DNA of 63,794 nt, the filler included, from Dicyema japonicum (taxonomy: Eukaryota; Animalia; Dicyemida): NCBI GenBank assembly GCA_011109175.1. It is 9 parts of 9 records of this genome, joined end to end, with 100 filler letters (N's around TTAATTAATTAA, not from the genome) between each part and the next. Parts side by side here need not be neighbours in the genome. Positions count along the whole stretch, not along the records: positions 1 to 16,520 come from RDEW01000202.1; positions 16,621 to 31,757 come from RDEW01000207.1; 7 more parts are not named here. One strand, written 5' to 3'. Below are positions 14,126 through 27,112 of this stretch, piece after piece; within the stretch, counting starts at the first letter, position 1, and every line of letters starts with the position of its first letter. Under the pieces are notes generated by a model. That model worked only from the letters and a program-made list of their open reading frames with translations, searched no databases and was not told where the DNA came from. The position numbers were made by a program, and so were the translations under genes.

Positions 14126-17100
14126 TTAGCCAGATTTATTATTAATAACAGAAATCTCTATTGACTAACGTTCTTGACCACGTGATACAATTTCAGCAGA
14201 TGTATTTGTCGCATTTAAGATGCTAGAGCTTCACTTCACAACACAACCATGTATGATGAGATTGGAGTAAAGAAGAATTACAAAGGAGATTATATTTGTC
14301 GTTGTGCATGTAATATGGATAAGTTTATTTTATTGTTATATTAGATGAGTGAAAAGGATAGTTATTTACCAATTGGAGTCAGAGACTTAAAGGAGTAACC
14401 GAACTAAATTAAAGTATGAGCCAGTTGAGGTGGACCCTGAAAGTATGTGTTCTATGGAAGTGAGGATCTTCAATCCTTTGAAGCTCATCTGATGCTGTTG
14501 CTACTTATTATTTAATTTTATTAACACGTATATATTTCTATTAATTTTTCCACATTCCTGATGAGGTATTATATATGATATTTTAGGTTTAAGAAAAGAG
14601 ACAGGCATTCTCTGTGAGGTACTATTGACACAGTCTACTAAAGTGGAACAATCAAACATATGGAAGCAGATTGTTTTACTAAAGATGGAACAAGTAATAG
14701 AATCAGAGACATATATAGGTGGCACGTGAGGATTCGAAAGTGGACTTTAGAACTGATATACCATATAAATTTAGAATTGTGTAATTATAATAATTTAAAT
14801 AGTGAATTCTACCATTGAATGGTTAACTTACTAATATTATTTTCTGTTCTACATCTATTATTCTCTAAGGAATATAATATATTTTGAAGTGTACTCTTAA
14901 ACGAATTGGACATTTGAAATCATCCACATTTATTTGTACACCATTGAAATACCATGCGGATGTTGGACTGTGTGTCCAAATAATATATTGACTAATAGAC
15001 TACAGTTAATACTCTAATATACTTTAGCCTATGTCATTCCAAGTGATAGTAAATGTGCCTCAAAGTCATGTTAATAACCTTCGTTCAACTGTCAACAAGA
15101 GATGATTTGGAATTGAGAGGAGAATAGTAAGGACTAATGTACATTGTAGTGCTAACTATGAAGAACTTAAATTTATTATAAAACAATTGGAAATGAGGGA
15201 ATAATTACAGAAAAAAGGAAAAAGAATTCCAATTTCACCAACTGCCAAAAAGGGAAGAACGAACATTAAGAGTATTATTTTGAATTAAATTACTGTCAGA
15301 AAGCCTATCACACAATTACATTGCACTCGTAAAGGAAAAGGCTATATTTTGTCAATTAGAGAATCCTTATTATATAATACTGTAAAGGATTTCAGAGATA
15401 GGACGTGGACGTTAAGGTATTATTGAAGATATAGAAAAATAAACTTTATATGCCAATGAAAATGGAGAGAGTACAGAATTTATTAAAAAGTGCAATGCAT
15501 GTTTTATGAATTTAAATTTAATTATGATTTTCTTTCAATTGGGTAATTTTTATTAAAAAGGGTTTGTTATGTTTATTATATAGTGTTCGATGGCTTAGGA
15601 AATGACTGGAATTGTGTAATACTGGTTCTACTATAATTAATAAAACAGGAAGATATAACGAATTGGGTTGTTATATTATTTAATACTAGTAGGCCATTGG
15701 AATTAGATACTGATTGAATTTGGTATTCCATCCACTTCTCCTGATTCTGTTAAGCATTAACATTGACAGTAGCAATATCACTCATTAACGAAATATTAAA
15801 TCATATGGTCAGTTAGTTTTGCTATTAATTTATAAGAAAATTTTACATATTATTAATACCGGAATTAGTTAATTAAACTAAATATATTTATTCTACTCGA
15901 TTTTAGAATTCTATATTTTTGAGATTCATGGACCATATTTGGCTGTGATTCTCTCTGCTTCCAAATATGAGGGAAAGGAATTAAACAAGCGCTATGATGT
16001 ATTCGACCATTCTAAGTTGAGCTAGAAGGTTATTCTAGAATTCACTTTAGGGATTTGAGACTAAGCGACGGGAGAGTTACAGTTTGTAAAAAATTTTCTG
16101 TCTTTAGTCTTTGAGTCATTCTTGGATGTAAATATTTTTGAATTTGCTTATAATATTACCGCATCAGTTACTAATTATTCCCTGGACATTTTTTACTCAA
16201 ATGAGTCTTTTCAGACAGACTGAATTGTTTGAATATCTTTCAGAAAATTGAAACATGCTACGTGCTCTGGAAAGTTATGGAAACAAAAATAAATAACTAC
16301 AGTAAGCTTAGCTTAGGTACATATTTGTAAATTATTAGAGCTATTCTGTCCCATGGTGGTTACGCGTCCTATGCTGGTAACATGTCTCCTTCAATCGCAG
16401 TTAGATGTCATACTTAATGTGACTTTAATCATTTTTACTCATTTCGGAAATATAAATTTTGTCGTTATTTATAAATATTCAACATGTGCTTTTATGGAAT
16501 ACCAAATTATCCTCAATCACNNNNNNNNNNNNNNNNNNNNNNNNNNNNNNNNNNNNNNNNNNNNTTAATTAATTAANNNNNNNNNNNNNNNNNNNNNNNN
16601 NNNNNNNNNNNNNNNNNNNNGATGTACTTGAATCAAATAAATTGAAATATTTAAACCATTAAATCAATCAGGAATTATTAATTTCGCGAAAATAATTCGA
16701 AATGCGCATTAATTATCTCAATATATTAACGAATTTTTCATTTTAAGAAACGATGAACGAAGCTAAAAGTCTTAGTAATTGCTCTCTACTTCCACTTCAT
16801 GACTCAAATGGTAAAACTGATAAATATCAATGTTTAAGAATTCACGTATCATGACGAACAGAAAGATATAGATCGCCAATCTTCAATTTATTTTAATTTC
16901 AAATTGATACAGCCATATTTAAATGTATACTCACATGGCGGTAAATGAATTGGTAAATGACAAATTTAGGTTTTGTTGACGATAAAACATGTATTCTATA
17001 TTTTTGGGAATGTAACGTACCTTCAAAAACAGGAAGTGATAATTATATCAAAATTATGGATAATCTTCTTATGTACAGCTTAACTAACATTAACTTAGAT

Positions 17101-18089
17101 TTTTGTTGGAACTTATCAAAAAACAAGTAATGAATAACATGATTATTGTTTATTGTCAATACCCTACCACATCAGCACATCTCCCTCCGTTTTATTGGTT
17201 ACAGCAAACTCATCTAAAAATAGAGAGAATGTTATTTTTGTTTTTTTATGACTAGGATAAAAAAGAAAATAGTTACTTTATATATAATCTATCCAAAAAT
17301 AATGACAAGATTGTTGTTCTCGTGTTTAAAATTATTTATAAGGTTTTTTTATTAATTTATAATTATTAAAGTTTTAAATTTCTTCAAAAAGTAAAGTTTT
17401 TGAATTCTTTTTCTGAATTATATAATTTTATCGGGAACGCAGAAGAACCAGTCAAACTACTTTATATAAGAAGTTTGTGATATTTTTTGGAAAGTAATTT
17501 TTAGACTTATCCATTAAACTGTTTAAATTCGAAATTTTGTTTGAAAAATAAAATTCTTTAATAAGTTAATTATAAAAAAAATTTAATCACATTTATTAAA
17601 TAAAAAACCGAGATACAGATTAAATTCGACATCAATGATAGGAAAGTTGGCTGTTCGATGCCAAAATTACAGAGATTTTTATCGATGTCCCTTATCTCAG
17701 AAATACTATTTTATACTTCATAAAATAAGAATGTAGATCGTAGCGAGTCGATTGAGTGTTAAACTAACTCAAAATTATATATTTATTAATATTTTGAAAA
17801 GAACAATGCCTTTATTAGTGATAAAATGTATAAGGTAAGCTGTGCTGGTTAAAAATGAGTTTATTTCGAGATATTCAATCTCTTTGAAAAATGAGGAGTC
17901 TTCTCCTCGAATACCTTCGTTCTAATTTAAGTCGTGCTACAGCGATAAATTTAGGATCTTTCTTTCAATTTATCACAGATGGCTTTAATATAAAAAGACA
18001 ACTACGTACTAGATATATAGTTCAATCGAGAGAATACTTCATCGCTTTCACAATTCGAGGGACAGCCTCGTCCACTGAACAATATATTT

Positions 18090-18726
18090 ACAAAGTCCGA
18101 AATTCGCTCAGCAATGCTTCGACTGAATAACAACAGGGCAGCTGGTTATGACAATATTTGCGGAGAATTGTTGAAATACGCACCGACCAAGCTCGCAGAA
18201 AGGATAACTTTTATATTCAACGAGATATTCAGGACTCATTGTCCAATTGAACTCGCGATGGGAGTATATTTTCTACTTCCTCTGCAAAAACCTGGCAAAC
18301 CCGTAGGTCCAATTGAAAACCTCAGGCCAATCGTGCTTTTGATCACGTTGCGAAAAACTCTGTCTATTATAACGTTGAATCGTATATCCAAATCAGTTGA
18401 TCAATACTTGTCGCCAAGTCAAAGCGGATTCAGACCGGGAAGATCAACCGCTGATATAGTATGAAGTCATCGGTGGATTACGGCAATATGCCAGAAGTAC
18501 AGGAAAACAATGCAAATTTTGGGAGTTGACCTATCAAAGGCGTGCGGGTTCTCGAGGATATTGTTGATGAAGACTCTTTGAGGATTGTGCGTTTTCTGCT
18601 GGCTGATACGAAAAATGGGGAGAGACCATTCGGATAAATTTACCACCAGGATTGGTACTCCGCAAGGGGATTCTCTTTCGCCAGTTCTATTTGTAATCTA
18701 TTTGGAAGCCGCGTTGAGGGATGTTA
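18090..18726 (+). mobile_element. RTE-like reverse transcriptase fragment, runs into gap
   Basis: Reads LNNNRAAGYDNICGELLKY, LRPIVLL, QSGFRPGRSTADIV, GVDLSKA and GTPQGDSLSPVLFVIYLEAALR. Contains an in-frame stop and a deletion. Confidence 0.85.
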
Positions 18727-19342
18727 NNNNNNNNNNNNNNNNNNNNNNNNNNNNNNNNNNNNNNNNNNNNNNNNNNNNNNNNNNNNNNNNNNNNNNNNNN
18801 NNNNNNNNNNNNNNNNNNNNNNNNNNNNNNNNNNNNNNNNNNNNNNNNNNNNNNNNNNNNNNNNNNNNNNNNNNNNNNNNNNNNNNNNNNNNNNNNNNNN
18901 NNNNNNNNNNNNNNNNNNNNNNNNNNNNNNNNNNNNNNNNNNNNNNNNNNNNNNNNNNNNNNNNNNNNNNNNNNNNNNNNNNNNNNNNNNNNNNNNNNNN
19001 NNNNNNNNNNNNNNNNNNNNNNNNNNNNNNNNNNNNNNNNNNNNNNNNNNNNNNNNNNNNNNNNNNNNNNNNNNNNNNNNNNNNNNNNNNNNNNNNNNNN
19101 NNNNNNNNNNNNNNNNNNNNNNNNNNNNNNNNNNNNNNNNNNNNNNNNNNNNNNNNNNNNNNNNNNNNNNNNNNNNNNNNNNNNNNNNNNNNNNNNNNNN
19201 NNNNNNNNNNNNNNNNNNNNNNNNNNNNNNNNNNNNNNNNNNNNNNNNNNNNNNNNNNNNNNNNNNNNNNNNNNNNNNNNNNNNNNNNNNNNNNNNNNNN
19301 NNNNNNNNNNNNNNNNNNNNNNNNNNNNNNNNNNNNNNNNNA

Positions 19343-20847
19343 TATTAATCACGTCTGCAAATCTGATTTTCATTTCCTTTTCCAAATTAATTAGATGGTC
19401 AACAAAGATTTTAATATCAAATTCATTAAATGCTTCACATATTGGATATAGAAAATCGTATTTTCCTGATTCAAAGTTATGTCTATAATTCTTTAACTTT
19501 TCACAAAATGTAATTATTGTAACTCTGACGTCAAACATAGTTACAAAATTTCCTTGCAATTTCAAGGAAATTTCATTCAATTTAGCAAAAATCCAATTTA
19601 AATAATAGATATATTTCTCATTTTCTGAAATCGATCTTGCTAATTCCTCTTCATTTTCCGATTCAAGAAATTCCAAAATAGCTGGTAAAAGGTTTACAAA
19701 TCTTTGTAGAGCAGTCCCTTGGGACAACCAGCGAACCTAAAGAACATTAAAAGCAAAAACAAACTTCAGTATGATACAAGAGTCTTAAATAATCTTCATT
19801 CCTATCTATACAAAATTTCCTAAAGATCCTATCAGATTTTGGACTTGTTTTAATCCGATTGATCGTTTTTACGACAAGATTCAGCACTCGATTTAAAAAA
19901 GCTGAGATTTTTTTTGAAACAAGATGATGGCGGTGTAATACACAATGAATGTGAATTAAATTCGGACATTTATGTTTCAAGAAAGACGCAAATCCTTTGT
20001 ACTTCCCAACCATGGCCATTGCCCCGTCTGTAGCACATGTGATTAAATTGGAAAATGGAATTTGTTTTTCTTCAAAATACGTTTTCAATACATTAAAAAT
20101 TGACTCTCCGGTAGAATCTGTTATCAAAGGTCTGATAAACAAAACCTCTTCACAAAAAACTACTTGTTCGTCAAAAAATCTAAACAAAATATTATTTAAA
20201 ATACCCACCTAACATAGGCCATTAATATAGATTTATTATCACATACCAGACATTCGTCAATCTGCAGGGAAAAAACAGTTTTTTTAAGTATATTTGTTAA
20301 GGAATCTTCGACGCTTTCTGCCATTTCGTCAATTCGGCGACGAATCGTATCATTACTTAAAGGTAAATTCTAGGAACATAAAAATGGTCACACTACTTGT
20401 AAAATTTCCGATGGATTATGTCCCAACATATCTTGTAAGACAACTGCGATAGAAGGTATTATTAACGATTCTCCCGAAACATGGGTAGCATTATTTTTAG
20501 CAACGATATGGGCAATTTTGTAGGATGCAAGTAACCCATCTATGAAATAGGTTAAAGGGAATACTTTTTCGTGCAAGAGAATGATGAGTGATTAGCTTTT
20601 GAAGGGTAGTAGGTTCATCAATCTTGTTTTTTATATTTTGAAAATATTCAAGCGAAGATCCGACTAGATTTGGATGTTTAGTCCTCAAATGGTGTGCTAA
20701 TCTTGACAATTTCATAGAACTATTGGCCAAAGAATTTTTGCAGATTATGCAAAAAGGCTTAGATTTGTCTCCACTGGAAGGTATAAATCCATATTTCAGA
20801 TAATCTTTACGATAAATCCGAGGAGTACGCGAATTACCACCAGACAT
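19343..20847 (-). CDS. hAT transposase (BED zinc finger plus DDE core), five exons, 3' partial
   Basis: Exons 20847-20565, 20539-20397, 20369-20209, 20179-19765 and 19736-gap join in frame with no stop. Motifs: YLKYGF..PFCIICKNSLANSSMK..LAHHLRTKH (BED), PLSNDTIRRRI, FSLQIDE, CATDGA, HCVLHRHHL, HTEVRWLS, LKLQG. Confidence 0.9.
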
Positions 20848-21080
20848 GTGATTGACACGAGTATTTATAGGTATCAAATGATAATAGTTAACCATCGTAA
20901 TGAACTAATTACTGATAATAAAAAATATTTAAAATCCATATTTCAGATAATCTTTACGATAAATCCGAGGAGTACGAGAATTACCACCAGACATGTGATT
21001 GACACGAGTATTTATAGGTATCAAATGATAATGGTTAACCATCGTAATGAACTAATTACTGATAATAAAAAATATTTAAA
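20785..21080. repeat. 147-bp tandem duplication covering the transposase start codon
   Basis: 20785-20931 is repeated at 20932-21080 with two substitutions that I could see; there is no N between the copies. Confidence 0.85.
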
Positions 21081-21465
21081 AAATAATACCATGTACCAAT
21101 TTTTTTTCCCATGCACCATTCGAGAATTTTTCATGTACCAAAAATGGTGCACATGCACCACGGTTGAGAATCACTGNNNNNNNNNNNNNNNNNNNNNNNN
21201 NNNNNNNNNNNNNNNNNNNNNNNNNNNNNNNNNNNNNNNNNNNNNNNNNNNNNNNNNNNNNNNNNNNNNNNNNNNNNNNNNNNACATGCAAAACGTATTA
21301 GATTTAATAGATCAAATACATCTGTACGGGAAAGAGTAATGGATTAGCTAAAACGTATTATGAATTTTTAAACTGAATATTTGTGAAACGGGACTGAAAG
21401 AAATTAGAGGAATGTCTAAGTTATCAAGTAATAAAGAAAAATCTGATTAGTAATGTACGTGTTAA

Positions 21466-22819
21466 TTAAAGTTCATCAATAACATCCTGGAACCCCTCCC
21501 AAATAGAAGTGACTTTGGTCTGGTTGGAGAGGAGAGAGCGTAAATATTCGACCATTGCAATACGAAAGTACCCGTCATTTTTTTTATCAAATATGGCCAT
21601 TTCCTTTTTAATGTTATTCGATATTGAGTCAAAGTCACGCTGAGCTATGTTTTTAGCTGTTTTAGCCTGCAATGAACACTCTAGGTTACCTCTTCCAACT
21701 CGTCCTTGGCTCTTTCCAGTTTGTCCAGTCTATTAAGAGTCTCTGCCTTGCTCAGCTGATCCGTCTTTTTAACCAAATTGGCATTAGCAGTAGTTAGTGC
21801 CTTGAACAAGTGAATCCTCTGATTAAACGATTTCTGAGGATTAGAAAAAAGGAATGCCTTGATGGCTTCGAAAAGGGAGATATAGGTATTGTACGACTCG
21901 GCAAAATATAGGTCAGTCATAAACTGGTCTTCATAAACTCGACTTAACTGATGCTCAGTGTCCGACAGGGAGGAAAAGGCACGAGAGAGCACGTTTGATT
22001 CGTCCATATTACTCAACAGAGATATCGCAGAGGCAGCTGATTCGAGGGAAGAAGAAATTTCTGAGACTAGGCAGAACTACTAACCCTTCCGATAAGTAGA
22101 AAGATGATGAATATGTCCGTAGAGACCTTTAAGGTCAGTCTCCACTGCGTTAATTCGATTGAGGGTGTCAATAAACCACTGGGAATGTCACAGAGCAAAG
22201 TACTTGGTCGGGTTCTGGTTCCTTAAACCTCTTGAGCTCCACTGCCGAGGCCATTCTCCCTACAAACTTGAGCAGCCCTGTCCCAGAGACTGCTTTGGGA
22301 GTCTTCGGGAGGGCATCCTTTCTGCTGAGAAATTCAATGACAAGCGAGCCTTTATGCAGGAAATGATGAGAACACAGCAATTTGAGAAATCTATTTATCA
22401 CAAAATCCCTTACTGTTCAAGAGAAGCCCTTCTCCTGGCCAGAAATAAAATATTCTCCATTTTCTGACTGCCTGTCGAGTGAGGGTAGGATTGCAACTTG
22501 TGGCGTCTTTCTCGGGGGGCAAAGGCAGAAAGAACCCGTAGTGAGAAACCTTTTCGTGTAGTCGTTCGTAGAGACCAATAAAGTCACTGAATCTACGCTC
22601 TACTGTGATTTCCCCACTCAGTTCTGGTAGATCGAACTGTTTTTTAATTAAGGATAATTACTTTGGAGGTTATGACGAAAAGTACATATGAATTCATCCC
22701 TTCTCCTACTTTGTGGTAGCTCACTATGCTTGCCTCTACTGGAAAAGACTCGATCTATCTATTAGATAAGACAAAACATCGATTCCATTCTCTTCTGAGT
22801 AATCCACAATATCGGACAT
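21466..22819 (-). CDS. SNX1: Sorting nexin 1/2-like (PX plus BAR domains)
   Basis: Spliced translation includes [77 protein letters not shown] and WEGF. About eight introns of 23-26 nt. SNX1 and SNX2 cannot be distinguished. Confidence 0.85.
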
Positions 22820-23095
22820 TCCGACCTCAAATAAATGTATTTTTATTAAATATGTTTTATTGTTTTAATTTATTATCTATTTATTATTTCTTTTAACTAA
22901 TCTTTTATTAAAATAATTTAATACTTATTGTCCGTAAAGAGATTTTCTCCTTCTTGATAAAGACCAAGTCAAGTTTGACAGGCTCATCAGGATGAGATTA
23001 GGGTTCATTGTAGAGTAGTGGCATTAGCTAACATTGTTTAATAGACATAATCATTAAGATTCAATAATAAGCAGGAAGTAAATGAATTGAACAGT

Positions 23096-23656
23096 TCAAA
23101 GAATAAAACAAGACTTGGTCTGCTTCTTCGCGATGCCAATGCGGGCTGCCTCCTCAAAGACTTCCTTGATCCCCTCAGACGTGAGGGCAGAACACTCGAG
23201 GTAACCCCGGGCTTTTATTTTCAAGGCGGCCTGTTTGCCGTCCTCGGTAGAAACGGAGGAGGCAGTACGGAGGTCGACTTTGGTGCAGACGAGGATGATG
23301 GGGACGTTGGGACAATAGTGACATAACTAGATTAAAACAGACACATCAACTTCCACCATCCACTTTGTCACCGCGTTCTCCAGAGAGGTCGGGTTGTCGG
23401 CCGAAAAGGTAAGGAGGATGACATTCGTGTCCGGATAAGACAGCGGTCGGAGTCGGTCGTAGTCTTCCTGCCCAGCAGTGTCCCAGAGGGCGAGATTCAC
23501 TTCCTTCCCATCCACGGTTATGTCTGCGACGTAATTCTCGAACACAGTGGGGACGTATGCCGTGTCGAATTTATTGTTAGCGTAAGATATTAGTAAACAC
23601 GTTTTTCCACAGGCTCCGTCACCTACCACAACGAGCTTTACCCTGCAGGGACCCAT
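23096..23656 (-). CDS. Rho-family GTPase (RhoA/Rho1-like), 178 aa, one 24-nt intron (23350-23327)
   Basis: Contains [55 protein letters not shown] and YLECSA, ending [10 protein letters not shown] (CAAX). Confidence 0.95.
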
Positions 23657-24099
23657 TCTACTAGCTAAGTAATACAACCAAACACGACAAATCAAGAGGA
23701 TTATAATATTCAATGTTTATTTTAATTTAATTATTTTATTTTATTTTTAATCTAAAATATTACTGAATGTTTTATTTTCACTATACAAAACTAAAATAAA
23801 GTGACCCTATTAATTGTAGCAAAATTCCGGATTAATGTTACATAAATTATTCCTATTTTTAGCTTGTCATAATTACAGAGATATGTTTCCTCTTTTTCTG
23901 AGAAGGAATTTTTTTATTATCCGGGCCTGGCACAATTTAAATAACAACTAATAATTCAATACAACTGAATTGATTCTTAAAGTATTATTGAGATTTGTTT
24001 GATACCGTTAAGTCTTTTTTGACTTCAATTCTAAGAAATTTTTATATTTCAGTTCAATCAGCTTCGTCCTTTTTTCGTCGCTTTTCTTTGGCCTCAAAT

Positions 24100-24500
24100 C
24101 TACCCATTTTGAGAAATGATGGAATTGCTCCGGTGGATAGAAATGAAATTCTTTGCAACATCAGCTGGTCTCGTGACGATCACTGGTTTTCGTGGAGATC
24201 CGTGTCCCGATCTTAGAAAGAAGAGCATGTGCACGCTTACTGATGAAGGAAGATCTTTTGCCAATAAAGAGGTGTATCTCGGAGTCATTGCGGAAAAGTT
24301 TAGGAAAGTAGGTGAGAAGGTGTCTGAGCATGTTGCGTCTTAATAAGCAACTACCCAAACTTGAAGGGGAAGATAGTTATTCCATTCGAACGTTTGCCGT
24401 CTCCGTGGTCAACCCCAGCAGGTTTGAACATTGAAGGAAGTCCGAATGAATCTAGTCCTTCCTTCACGATTTCGTTGAGCGATGCTTGCCGGAAAAACTC
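24100..24500 (-). mobile_element. CRE-like 3' endonuclease fragment, degenerate
   Basis: Reads RQASLNEIVKEGLDSFGLPSMFKPAGVDHGDGKRSNGITIFPFKFG, DATCSDTFS, IGTRISTKTSDRHE and ISIHRSNS. Confidence 0.7.
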
Positions 24501-26159
24501 CAAGGAGTATTGGTTTTCATTTTGTATATTAGGAATTATCTCAAAAGATAAATTTTCAGGTTAGATTTTTCTTTCTCTACTTTCTTAATTGGCTTAAGGT
24601 CGGAATGACGAACCGACCCTTCAGTTCTGAAGGTATTTTTTGATTGATTTGTTCATGGTGCTGTCTGGTGTGCTTATTTTCCCTAGTGTACCAGAAATAG
24701 AAAACTATACTCTCCTGTTAAAAAAATTTCAATATTCATAAATTTATATTAGTATTAAATATATAATTTTGTAACCATAAATAAACTGCGTCATCGATGG
24801 GCTTGGTCGGCAAAACCGACAACAAAATACCGAGTTCATAAATATTTAAACAAACATAGAAAAAAATTACCAAACGAATTTCCTCTGTTTACTGAACAGG
24901 AACACATTTCGTCCGGAAATATATTCCAAGTAAAATAGGACTGGGTATAGTCACAGCGTCGTCGTGACCTATCAGTTTTTCAATTCGTTACTTATCACCA
25001 AACAAAAATCCATATAATATTAAGCTCGAGGATGACGGGCCCTTTGGAAACGACGAGACGAGAAATTTTGTGTTAATCAGCCTCAGCAAACTCAACGTGA
25101 CTTCCCTTGACTGCTGTGTTGTCGACGAATATTGACGATATACGACTCATATCCTCTCATTGACGGTCTCTTATTCCTCTCTTCTGTCCAGCATTCCCAA
25201 AATGGAATATCTGTATTTGTCATTCAGTATTCTAGGTCGACCATTCCTCAGGCGTTCTAATTATGAGTGCTATTTGCCTTTGGTGCTTAACAAACTCGAA
25301 TTTGCTGAGGTGTCTGAACTGTTCCCAACCATGGTCAGGGGACAACTACATGATTGGCACTCTCAATGAGTACGACATATTCAGTGCCCTTCCCTGCTGT
25401 CAATTCATGCTTAGATGCAAGGTTTGTTTCATTTTTTAATTGCAGAAGTGTGATGCACAGATATCTACTGATTTGAATAAATTCTTCTGTTGGTACAGTC
25501 GGAGAATGAAGTGTCCAAAATGTAGCTCTGACAACTACCACTTTCAGCACGAATTATCTCACGTCTATCGAGTTCAGTTGAGATAAACAATTATTTCCAT
25601 TTTCCTTATTCTTTTACTCATAGAAAGTTTTTATTTAGAGTTTATCAATAGAGATTACTCCGTCAATACAGATTCTCTTAATGACCAGCAATAAAGCCTA
25701 GTTTTAGGAATATGACCAATTAGGCGATGTTCGACATTTATGAAATTTACGAATGTGGAAGACTTGGTTTGAAAAACAAGCCTCCATGCTATTTCAAACA
25801 TCAGGTAGTCATCCGATTCCAGTACTGTGCTTGCCTAAAAAATGAGGTTATGACCAACCTGCGAGAAATTGAATTTAAAATATAAACTTGAACAAGTGTG
25901 AAATAATAAATTTGGACATAAACGATAGAGACTTTGGTACCTGAAGAAAGCTTTTTAGAGCTTTTTGGTCAATGTTCCTTTGTCATAAGGGAAAGCTGTT
26001 TTGCTTGGATCTCATATTTGCCCCGTGGTATTGACTCATTGCTTGGAAGTAAATTGGAAAATTCCAAAATCTCATTAGTCGATTAAGTTTCCTGAACAGA
26101 CTTGTTAAGATTTAACACCAAAGTGGATGCTCTACCCTCCATAGCATAAAGAAAGAGTA

Positions 26160-26355
26160 CGACGGCTCATGAAAGAACACTTAAGCAGTACGCCGAGGAG
26201 TTGAAATTTTGGATGAAAATGTTTAGATCAATCCGGCTACTAAAGAGCTGACAAGCCTGAAAAGGCTGGTTGTGAACGATAAGTATGAAAGACAACTGCT
26301 TGACAGAAAAGAAATAGCAGAGAATATTGCTGCTCACTTTGAATCTTTCTTCAGA
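26160..26355 (+). mobile_element. RTE-like pre-RT linker remnant
   Basis: MFRSIRLL and LVVNDKYERQLLDRKEIAENIAAHFESFF resemble the segment upstream of RT in RTE-type elements. Confidence 0.4.
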
Positions 26356-26358
26356 ATT

Positions 26359-27112
26359 CCACTAGGACCCCTCCTCTTTGTCTTGGGTATCAATGAAATA
26401 CCACAGCCAGTATCTTCTGAATTGAATATTGGTATCTAGATGACGCCACCATCGGCGGCTCTCCAGATTCAATCTGCAAAGACGCTCTATCGTTTGCACC
26501 CGCACTTCTCAAGATTGGACTGGAGATTAACTGCGCAAAATCTGAACTAGTTAGCCTCAACCTTGGTAATGAACGCTTTGGCCATCTACTATCGTCTCTC
26601 CGCACTGGTCTTGGCCAAGTACACACAACTGATGTCAACAAACTCCAGATTCTAGGATCCCCCATTCTATCAACCGCTATTGAGACTAATCTACGTGTTA
26701 AGCTTTCCATACTCATTCGTTTTTTGGACCGCCTTACAACTTTGGACAGCCACGTCGATTCGTTTCTCGCGAAAAACTTTTTTGCCCTGCCCAAATTACT
26801 CTACTCCCTCAGAAGGACACCCTGTTATCTACAATGTAGATAACATAATGACATTCTTACTGATCTTGGAAACTTCCTTCGTTCGAAGATTGAATCCATA
26901 TGCAATGTCGAATTTGATTTTTTGGGATGGAGCCGAGCATCACTCCCTGTACGCCATGGAGGTCTCGGACTCCGGTTCCCGAATGATATCGCACTGCCTG
27001 CGTACCTTTCGTCACTTTCTTCGTGCGAGAAACCCGTGGGACGGTTCTCTCAACTGATTTTGAACATTACGTGCCCTCTGAGTTATCTTCGGCGATCGTT
27101 AAGTGGCACTCG
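26359..27112 (+). mobile_element. CRE-like reverse transcriptase fragment, runs into gap
   Basis: Reads PLGPLLFVLGI, LNIWYLDDATIGG, GLEINCAKSE, ILGSPI, FALPKLLYSLR and ASLPVRHGGLGLR..DIALPAYLSS. Confidence 0.85.

Larger units (their letters stand above)
19342..21176 (-). mobile_element. hAT (Buster/Charlie-type) DNA transposon, 5' end intact, 3' end in gap
   Basis: The minus-strand terminus CAGTGATTCTCAAC at 21176-21163 resembles the TIR of the element at 55632-57289, and a transposase gene follows. Confidence 0.8.

Noticed and set aside
14200-16500. AT-rich region with short coding-like patches
   Set aside because: No motif, intron pattern or terminal repeat that I could identify with confidence.
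16565-16576. TTAATTAATTAA palindrome embedded in N runs (also near 31802, 40852, 43522, 44877, 48564, 54444 and 61762)
   Set aside because: It is an identical 12-mer centred in fixed-length N blocks with stops in all six frames: a scaffolding spacer, not biology.
18585-19727. Long ORFs in the track spanning N gaps (also 26922-28057 and 57745-58986)
   Set aside because: Their length comes from X residues, and the two sides belong to unrelated elements.
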